Source: Patescibacteria group bacterium
GTDB lineage: Bacteria > Patescibacteriota > Patescibacteriia > 2-01-FULL-39-33
Reading direction: 5' to 3'
NCBI GenBank assembly: GCA_041649655.1
Contig: JBAZMO010000001.1
Span: 173-64,172 of the forward strand
Length of the DNA: 64,000 bases
The notes under the pieces are model-generated. The model saw only the letters and a list, made by a program, of their open reading frames with translations, did no database searches and was not told the DNA's origin. Positions within the stretch are counted from its first letter, which is position 1, and each line of letters opens with the position of its first letter. Shown piece by piece: positions 57,185 to 64,000 of the stretch. A program made the position numbers and the translations under genes.

Positions 57185-58564
57185 ATGCCTGAAATAAAAC
57201 CGGATATCGAGACGATTGCCAAAATAAAAGTAGTAGGCGTGGGCGGCTCGGGCGGCTCGGCCGTTAATCGCATGATCGCGACAAAAATTCGCGGCGTGGA
57301 TTTTATTGCGGTCAATACCGACGTGCAGGCCCTGCACCATAATACAGCCAAAACCAAGTTCCATATCGGCCAGAAAATCACGCGCGGCCTGGGCGCCGGC
57401 ATGAATCCTTCAGTCGGTCTGGCCTCGGCTCAGGAGAATGCCGGCGAAATCCGCGATATCCTGAAGGGCTCGGACATGGTTTTTATCACTTGCGGTTTGG
57501 GCGGCGGCACCGGAACGGGAGCTTCGCCGGTCATTGCTCAGATTGCCAAAGAAGCCGGCGCGTTAGTGGTGGCTGTCGTCACTAAACCTTTCACTTTTGA
57601 GGGCAAACAGAGGATGAAGATTGCTGATGAGGGTTTGGAGATCCTTCGGCCCAATGTCGATGCCATCATCACCATCCCCAATGAGAAGATCTGGCAGATC
57701 GTCGATCAGAAGACCTCTTTTTTGGATGCCTTCAAGGAAGTCGATGATATCTTGCGCCAAGGCATTCAGGGTATCTCAGAAATTATCACGATTCCGGCGC
57801 TGATCAATGTTGATTTTGCCGATGTCAAGGCGATTATGAAGGACGCCGGTTCAGCTTTGATGTCGATCGGCGAAGGCGCCGGAGAAAATCGCGCCGTCCA
57901 GGCGGCCAAAGCGGCCGTAGCTTCGCCGTTGTTGGATTTATCAATCGATGGCGCCCAAGGCGTGCTGTTTGTCATCTCCGGCAGCTCTGATTTGGCGATG
58001 AGCGAAGTCAATGAAATCGCTTCGATCATTACGGCCGGCGCGGATGAGAATGCTAAGATTATTTTTGGCGCCAATATCGACGAAAGTTTGAAAGATCGCA
58101 TCCGGGTGACTTTGGTGGCGACCGGTTTTGGAGAACCGATGAAAAAGCCGTCTCGATCGGGAGAGCGCAGCACTTGGGGCGACAAGATCAATAATATTTT
58201 CGTGGATAAGAGTCCGGCCAACGATGACGAAGGCCCGAAATTCGGTTCTAAAGCGGTCGGCGGCGATAATGAGCCGGTTGTGATCAGATCAAGATCAGTT
58301 AATGAAGAAAACCGGAAATCGTTGTTTCATTTAGGCAGTCGCGGTTCGTCAGCTGTCGGCGACGAGGATTTCGATGTGCCGCCGATCATTAGGAAAGGCG
58401 GTTTATTCAAGCCGATCGAGGCGGTGTCGCGGAATGAATCGGCAACGGCTAATGATGATTTTGATTCTCGTTCTGTTCCTTCCAAGGCCCCGGTCCGGCT
58501 TTTGGACGAAGACGATGATGATGACTTGGAATTGCCCAGTTTTATCAGGAAGAAGATGAAATAA
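57185..58564 (+). CDS. ftsZ: cell division GTPase FtsZ
   Basis: GGGTGTG tubulin signature ([16 protein letters not shown]); long disordered acidic C-terminus. Confidence 0.95.
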   Translation: MPEIKPDIETIAKIKVVGVGGSGGSAVNRMIATKIRGVDFIAVNTDVQALHHNTAKTKFHIGQKITRGLGAGMNPSVGLASAQENAGEIRDILKGSDMVFITCGLGGGTGTGASPVIAQIAKEAGALVVAVVTKPFTFEGKQRMKIADEGLEILRPNVDAIITIPNEKIWQIVDQKTSFLDAFKEVDDILRQGIQGISEIITIPALINVDFADVKAIMKDAGSALMSIGEGAGENRAVQAAKAAVASPLLDLSIDGAQGVLFVISGSSDLAMSEVNEIASIITAGADENAKIIFGANIDESLKDRIRVTLVATGFGEPMKKPSRSGERSTWGDKINNIFVDKSPANDDEGPKFGSKAVGGDNEPVVIRSRSVNEENRKSLFHLGSRGSSAVGDEDFDVPPIIRKGGLFKPIEAVSRNESATANDDFDSRSVPSKAPVRLLDEDDDDDLELPSFIRKKMK

Positions 58565-58780
58565 TCGGTAAAAAATCGGCTTGGCCATGGTCAGTCCGCT
58601 TCTGGCGGATTGATTTTTTTTGAGTTATCTTCGGGTTGAAAACTTTATCCACAGCGCCGGTTTATTTTCTAAAAAAGCCAATGAAAAAGCGCCTTGCCAG
58701 TGTTGTCTTGGACGGGTATAATTAGATTCTAAGAGGGGGCGGCCATTAGGTCAGTAGCGGAAAAATCATTTCTTATAATT

Positions 58781-60829
58781 ATGGAGTCAAAAATAGCGCA
58801 AATCAAAAAACGCAACGGAGAAATCGCCGAATTCAGCCAAGCTAAAGTGACTTTGGCGATTTATAAGGCGCTGGCGGCCGTCGGGCGCGATGATGAGCCG
58901 TTGGCTCAAAGATTGTCTGATCAAGTCATCGGCGTTTTGAATGATAAATTCCATCCCCGGTCGATTCCGGCCATTGAAGAGATCCAGGACATTGTTGAGG
59001 AGGTCATGATCAAGGAGGACTTAGTCAAAGCGGCCAAGGCCTATATCATCTATCGCGAACAGCACGCCCGTTTGAGAGAATTGAAGCAATTATTGAATTC
59101 CAATGATATCATCGAGGGTTATCTGAAGAAAATGGATTGGCGGGTCAAAGAGAACGCCAATATGGCTTATTCCCTTCAAGGTTTGAATAATCATGTCGCT
59201 TCGGCGGTTTCGGCCAATTATTGGCTTAATAAGATTTATCCGCCGGAAATCAGGAACGCCCATAATGACGGCGTCATGCACATTCATGATCTCCAGATTT
59301 TGGCGGTTTATTGCTGCGGTTGGGATTTGCAGACCTTGATCCGAGTCGGTTTTTGCGGCGTCGAGGGCAAGGTGCAGAGCAAACCGCCTAAAAGATTCCG
59401 TGCCGCTTTGGGCCAAGTGGTTAATTTTTTCTATACTTTGCAGGGCGAGGCGGCCGGCGCTCAGGCCTTTGCCAGTTTCGACACTTTGATGGCGCCGTTT
59501 ATCCGCTATGAGGGTTTGGATTACAAGCAGGTCAAGCAAGGCATTCAGGAATTCGTTTTCAATATGAACGTGCCGACTCGGGTGGGCTTCCAAACGCCAT
59601 TTACCAATCTGACTTTTGATTTGATCTGTCCGTCGACGATGGCCAATGAGCCGGCGGTTATCGGCGGTGTGCCGCAGCCGGAGACCTACAAAGAATTCCA
59701 GCTGGAAATGAATCTGATCAATCGCGCTTTCGCCGAAGTCATGATGGAGGGCGATGCCAAGGGGCGGGTTTTCACTTTTCCGATTCCGACGTATAATATC
59801 AGCAAGGATTTTAATTGGGATAATGAGAACCTGGATCCGATTTGGGAGATGACTGCCAAATACGGCATTCCTTATTTCGCTAATTTCGTCAATTCCGACA
59901 TGAAGGCGGAAGATGCCCGTTCGATGTGCTGTCGGTTGCGGTTGGATAACCGCGAACTCAGGAAACGCGGCGGCGGCTTGTTTGCCGCCAATCCTTTGAC
60001 CGGTTCGATCGGCGTAGTCACGATCAATTTGCCGCGGATCGGCTATCAATTCAAGGGCAACGAATCGGCTTTTTTCTCCCGTTTGTCCCAAGTAATGGAT
60101 TTGGCGCGTCAGTCGCTTAAATTGAAGCGCGCAGTATTGGAGGACTTCACTGAAATGGGCTTATACCCTTACGCTCGATTTTATTTGTCGGAAATCAAGG
60201 AACGTTTCGGAGAATACTGGCGGAATCATTTCAATACGATCGGCATCAATGGCATGAACGAGGCCATCGTCAATTATTTGGGCAAGCCGTTATCGTCCAA
60301 AGAGGGCGGAGAATTTGCCGAGAAAATCATGGATTTCATGCTTTCTCGCTTGACTCAATATCAAGAGGAAGATGATGAGATGTATAATTTGGAAGCAACG
60401 CCGGCCGAGGGCGCCACTTATCGTTTCGCCAAAAAAGACAAAGAACTTTATCCCGATATTGCGGTCGCCAATGAACAGCAGTACCGCTTGAATAATGCCG
60501 CGCCCTATTACACTAATTCTTCGCATTTTCCCGTTAATTACTCCACTGATATTTTTGATGTTTTGGAAAAGCAAGACGGTTTGCAGATTAAGTATACTGG
60601 CGGCACGGTCGTCCATGTTTTTTTAGGCGAGAGGATGCCGGATATTGCCAGCACCAAGAATTTGGTCAGAAAAATCGCTGAGAATTTCCATTTGCCTTAT
60701 TATACCCTGACCCCGACTTTTTCGATCTGCCCCAAGCACGGCTATCTGCCGGGCGAACAGCGCTTCTGCCCGATTTGCGACGGTGAAATCGGCTATATCA
60801 GGGAGCAGAAGGAGAAGTTACCGTTATAG
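58781..60829 (+). CDS. nrdD: anaerobic ribonucleoside-triphosphate reductase (class III), body lacking the glycyl-radical segment
   Basis: N-terminal ATP-cone. NrdD core. C-terminal zinc ribbon CPKHG...CPICDG. Stop TAG at 60827 before the expected RVxGY glycyl-radical motif. Confidence 0.9.
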   Translation: MESKIAQIKKRNGEIAEFSQAKVTLAIYKALAAVGRDDEPLAQRLSDQVIGVLNDKFHPRSIPAIEEIQDIVEEVMIKEDLVKAAKAYIIYREQHARLRELKQLLNSNDIIEGYLKKMDWRVKENANMAYSLQGLNNHVASAVSANYWLNKIYPPEIRNAHNDGVMHIHDLQILAVYCCGWDLQTLIRVGFCGVEGKVQSKPPKRFRAALGQVVNFFYTLQGEAAGAQAFASFDTLMAPFIRYEGLDYKQVKQGIQEFVFNMNVPTRVGFQTPFTNLTFDLICPSTMANEPAVIGGVPQPETYKEFQLEMNLINRAFAEVMMEGDAKGRVFTFPIPTYNISKDFNWDNENLDPIWEMTAKYGIPYFANFVNSDMKAEDARSMCCRLRLDNRELRKRGGGLFAANPLTGSIGVVTINLPRIGYQFKGNESAFFSRLSQVMDLARQSLKLKRAVLEDFTEMGLYPYARFYLSEIKERFGEYWRNHFNTIGINGMNEAIVNYLGKPLSSKEGGEFAEKIMDFMLSRLTQYQEEDDEMYNLEATPAEGATYRFAKKDKELYPDIAVANEQQYRLNNAAPYYTNSSHFPVNYSTDIFDVLEKQDGLQIKYTGGTVVHVFLGERMPDIASTKNLVRKIAENFHLPYYTLTPTFSICPKHGYLPGEQRFCPICDGEIGYIREQKEKLPL

Positions 60830-60955
60830 TCAAGAGTAAAATAATTTTTAATTTTGTAATTTTTAAATAATGTCTAAATGTTTTAATGTTTAAAAATTAA
60901 GAAATTAAAAAATTATTTATAAAATTAAAAATTAAAAATTCTTAAAAAAAACCAT

Positions 60956-61125
60956 ATGGAAGGTGACAACAAAGAGAATCTCAGGCAGCCCTGCGAGGTT
61001 TATTCGCGCGTGGTCGGCTATATCCGGCCGGTCGATCAATGGAACCCCGGCAAGCAGTCGGAGTTCGGCGATCGAGCCAACTTCGAGTCCCATTGCGCCT
61101 GCCAAGGCGAAGCAGCGGCTTCATG
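60956..61125 (+). CDS. stand-alone NrdD glycyl-radical domain peptide (56 aa)
   Basis: MEGDNKENLRQPCEVYSRVVGYIRPVDQWNPGKQSEFGDRANFE matches the NrdD C-terminal glycyl-radical consensus (vySRVvGYyrPv..WN.GKq.E..dR). Separated from the nrdD body by 126 nt of AT-rich low-complexity DNA. Confidence 0.6.
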
Positions 61126-61151
61126 AGGATAAGAATGCACCGCTTAAAGAT

Positions 61152-61841
61152 ATGAGAATCGGAGGACTCCAGCCCGTAACCTTGTTGGATTATCCGCAAA
61201 AATTGGCAGCCATCATTTTCACCGCCGGGTGCAATATGCGCTGTCCTTTTTGCTATAATTACAAATTGGTCTTGCCGGAATTGCTCAGCGATGATAATCT
61301 TTATGATGAGCGGGAAGTCATCGCTTTTCTGAAGAAACGCAAGAAGTATCTTGACGGCTTAGTGATTAGCGGCGGCGAGCCGTTGGCGCAAGAAGATCTG
61401 CCGGATTTTCTCAAGCAGATGAAACAGATCGGCTATGCGATCAAGTTGGATACGAACGGCTTGGCGGCCGATATTTTGCAGCACTTGATCGGCGAACAGC
61501 TGATTGATTATATCGCTATGGACATCAAGGGACCGCTGGCTGATTATCAGAAGTTTTCCGGCGTGCCGGCCGGCCAAGTTGCCGATAGCATCAAGCTGGT
61601 CATGAAATCAGGCCTGCCTTATGAATTCCGTTCGACTTTGGTCAAAAATCTGCATACCTCGGAAGACGTTGGAAAAATGGCACAAGCCATTAAGGGGGCT
61701 AAGCTGTATTATTTGCAGAATTATTCCCAGAACGTTCCGTTGGCCGGCGATAAATTCTGCGGCCGGCAGTTTGCTGCTGAAGAATTGGAAACGATGCGAG
61801 CTTTAGCGGCCGGCAGCGTCAAAAAATGCTTAATCCGATAA
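61152..61841 (+). CDS. nrdG: anaerobic RNR activating protein (radical SAM)
   Basis: CNMRCPFCYN CxxxCxxC motif; start assigned to ATG 61152 (MRIGGLQP...). Confidence 0.85.
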   Translation: MRIGGLQPVTLLDYPQKLAAIIFTAGCNMRCPFCYNYKLVLPELLSDDNLYDEREVIAFLKKRKKYLDGLVISGGEPLAQEDLPDFLKQMKQIGYAIKLDTNGLAADILQHLIGEQLIDYIAMDIKGPLADYQKFSGVPAGQVADSIKLVMKSGLPYEFRSTLVKNLHTSEDVGKMAQAIKGAKLYYLQNYSQNVPLAGDKFCGRQFAAEELETMRALAAGSVKKCLIR

Positions 61842-61850
61842 GATAAAAAT

Positions 61851-62090
61851 ATGACTGATGCCAATATCGATGATGACATAAAAAAATTACTGGTGGAAAA
61901 TCTGGCCGATACCAAGATTTTGAAAGAAGAAATTTGCAGGATCAAATCCTATATGCGGTGGCGGACGATCGTTTCTCTTATTTGGATCGCCTTGATTGTC
62001 TTGCCGGCGATTTTAGCGCTTTTTTATGTGCCTGATTTCATTAAGGGCTTTGCCACTAGCGCGAGTTTGATTAAAAGTTTGGGGCTTTAG
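61851..62090 (+). CDS. small membrane protein
   Basis: 79 aa with one TM helix (VSLIWIALIVLPAILALFYV). Confidence 0.4.
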   Translation: MTDANIDDDIKKLLVENLADTKILKEEICRIKSYMRWRTIVSLIWIALIVLPAILALFYVPDFIKGFATSASLIKSLGL

Positions 62091-62170
62091 CGCTCGGCGT
62101 TATTTTGATTGGAGTGGAGGAGTTTTTTTCTTTATTTCTTAATTTCTTGTTTCTTTATTTCTATTAATTT

Positions 62171-63326
62171 ATGGATGAAATAATAACTCAAATCAAGGTC
62201 TTGGCCGATCGGATCAACGGCACGTGGAGGTTACTTTGACCTGGACCAAAAGAAACTAAAATTGAAGTCATTGGAAGGGGAAATGAACGCCCCTGATTTT
62301 TGGTCTGATCAGGATCGGGCGAAAGGACTGAGCCGTAAACAGCAGAATCTGCAGGCGGAAATTTCAACTTGGGAAAAATTGCGCCAGGAGACGGCGGAAT
62401 TGTTGGAATTGGCTCACATTTTTATCGAGGCGGAGGAGATCAGCCAGCATGAGCAAGAGATAAAGGATAAGTTGTTGGGGTTAGAGCAGCAATTCCAGAC
62501 GCTGGAGTTCGCCATCCTTTTTTCTTCCGATTATGACCAGGGCAATGCTATTTTATCCATCCATGCCGGCACGGGCGGCGTTGATGCGATGGATTGGGCC
62601 GGCTTATTGCTGCGGTCTTATTTGCGTTTTTGCGAACGGCACGGCTTTGAAGCGAAAATTGTGGATGAAACGGCCGGCGCCGAGGCCGGCATCAAGAGCG
62701 TCACCTTGGAGATAGCCGGCAATTACGCCTATGGCTGGCTCAAAAGCGAGAACGGCGTTCATCGCCTGGTCAGGATATCGCCCTATGACGCCGAAAAAAT
62801 GCGTCATACTTCTTTTGCCTTAGTTGAGGTTTTGCCGGAAATTGAGGAGACGGGTAAGATCGAATTGAAAGAGGACGACTTGAAAATTGATGTGTTTCGA
62901 GCCGGCGGCCATGGCGGCCAGTCAGTCAATACCACCGATTCGGCGGTGCGGATTACTCATCTGCCCAGCGGTATTGTGGTCAAGTGTCAGAATGAGCGTT
63001 CTCAATTGCAGAATAAGAATACGGCGCTGAAAGTCCTTAAGGCCAAATTGGTCAAATATTACGAAGAGCGAGCCGAGTCGGATTTGCAGAAGATAAAAGG
63101 CGAACATCGCCAAGCCGAATGGGGCAATCAGGCCAGATCTTATGTCTTGCAGCCCTATCGCTTGGTCAAGGATCATCGCACCGGCCAGGAGACCAACGAC
63201 ACTGATCGGGTTTTGAACGGAGAGTTCGATGATTTTGTCGAGGCCTATTTGAAGTGGCTGGCCGGCGGGTCGGTCGAAGCCGATAAGGCCGGAGTCGGCG
63301 TTAAAAAGAAAATAATTAAGAAATAA
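62171..63326 (+). CDS. prfB: peptide chain release factor 2 with programmed +1 frameshift (frame 0 is 62171..62236; the +1 frame runs from 62238)
   Basis: Frame 0 reads [22 protein letters not shown] then stops at UGA. Classic shift site GGAGG-tta-CTT-TGA-C at 62226..62240. The +1 frame continues LDLDQKKL... to the SPY tripeptide (SPYDAEKM) and GGQ motif ([19 protein letters not shown]). Confidence 0.9.
62226..62240 (+). promoter_or_regulatory. RF2 autoregulatory +1 frameshift site
   Basis: Internal SD-like GGAGG, 3-nt spacer, then CUU UGA C. Confidence 0.85.
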
Positions 63327-63335
63327 TTTTCAGTC

Positions 63336-64000
63336 ATGGAGGCGTTTTGGTTTGATCTTTGCCGGTCCAGATCCAGGGCGCTTTTTTATTATTCGTTGTT
63401 GTTTATAATCGGCGTCGCTGCCGCTGATTTTTTTACCTGTCCGCCCTTGGCGGTTTTTTGCTTGCTCTTATCGCTGTGCGCCGGCGTTATCTCGCTTGGC
63501 TTATTTTTTAACCAACGTCGCCGGCTGTTGCGATGTTGTTTGATTTTCACCTGCTGCCTGTTATTCGGTTTTTGGCGTTACGGCGTTTCCTTGCCTGATT
63601 ACGGCGATCAGTCGAAAATTTATCATTATGTCAGTTCGACGCAGGAGTTTATCGGCGCAGTCCGAGCGGTTGACAATCGTTTAGGCAGTCAAAAACTGAC
63701 TGTAGCGGTTGCGGAGCTGAAACAAGCCGGATTAGTAAAAAGGGTCTCCGGTTCAGTGCTGATCACCGCGCCGCTTTATCCGGACTATCGCTATGGCGAC
63801 ACGCTTAAGGTCAAATGCTTTTTGAAGTTGCCGGGATTGATTGAGGACTTTGATTACGGCCGTTATCTGGCCAAGAGCGGGATTTTTGTCTATTGCGGGT
63901 TTGCCGACATTAATACCGCGATTTCGGCCAGTCGTTCGCCGGTCGGTTTATTTTTTGATTTTAAGGATCATCTGTTCCGTTCGCTTAATGCCGCTATTAG
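63336..64000 (+). CDS. comEC: competence protein ComEC/Rec2, N-terminal part (continues beyond the window)
   Basis: ATG at 63336. N-terminal TM helices, then DUF4131-type OB domain (YPDYRYGDTLKVKCFLKLP...FDYGRYLAKSGIF). Confidence 0.7.
   Translation, partial: MEAFWFDLCRSRSRALFYYSLLFIIGVAAADFFTCPPLAVFCLLLSLCAGVISLGLFFNQRRRLLRCCLIFTCCLLFGFWRYGVSLPDYGDQSKIYHYVSSTQEFIGAVRAVDNRLGSQKLTVAVAELKQAGLVKRVSGSVLITAPLYPDYRYGDTLKVKCFLKLPGLIEDFDYGRYLAKSGIFVYCGFADINTAISASRSPVGLFFDFKDHLFRSLNAAI

Noticed and set aside
60835-60955. Possible CRISPR-like or intron element in the nrdD spacer
   Set aside because: It has only loose aaattaaaaatt periodicity with no regular repeat-spacer architecture. At 126 nt with about 90% A+T, it is far too short and unstructured for a group I or II intron.
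60963-61151. N-terminal 63-aa extension of the nrdG ORF as given in the ORF track
   Set aside because: This frame (MTTKRISGSPARF...) is an out-of-frame read-through of the glycyl-radical peptide ORF. The NrdD-like peptide is in another frame (60956..61125). The conserved radical-SAM protein begins at MRIGG (61152).

Overview
This is a 64 kb bacterial chromosomal segment with about 45% GC, densely packed co-directional genes and weak Shine-Dalgarno usage. Its gene content fits a reduced-genome anaerobic fermenter of the Candidate Phyla Radiation / Patescibacteria type. Five aminoacyl-tRNA synthetases (thrS, argS, ileS, leuS, hisS) lie within the window, along with a four-subunit pyruvate:ferredoxin oxidoreductase (porGDAB), class III anaerobic RNR (nrdD/nrdG), uvrA, ftsA/ftsZ, ybeY, lepB, rpsU, prfB with its programmed +1 frameshift, and the start of comEC. 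The accessory content is the more interesting part:
- leuS carries a complete Nudix hydrolase domain inserted into the synthetase body. Three further stand-alone Nudix genes lie in the first 5 kb.
- ileS and leuS share an identical 31-nt heptamer tandem repeat, read in frame as FPISNFQFP.
- nrdD is split: its glycyl-radical peptide is a separate 56-aa ORF after an AT-rich low-complexity spacer.
- A 15 kb block encodes cell-surface proteins. Two consecutive giant secreted proteins of 1068 and about 3250 aa share a conserved N-terminal signal-peptide plus helical-hairpin module. The second carries a lamin-tail domain and Myxococcus-type Cys-rich repeats. Two paralogous thrombospondin-type-3-like Ca-binding repeat proteins follow.
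- A roughly 60% GC island (about 29.65 to 31.0 kb) holds a self-contained minus-strand operon of three translationally coupled small basic / zinc-ribbon ORFs, with its own palindromic operator and terminator. Next to it is an ORF-free GC-rich stretch that may be a structured RNA.
- A consensus sigma70 promoter drives a 66-aa ORF with a long GC-rich 3' region.
- Heptamer tandem repeats and the palindrome GAATCATGATTC recur at two distant promoter regions.
No rRNA, tRNA, CRISPR array or transposase was recognised by eye.
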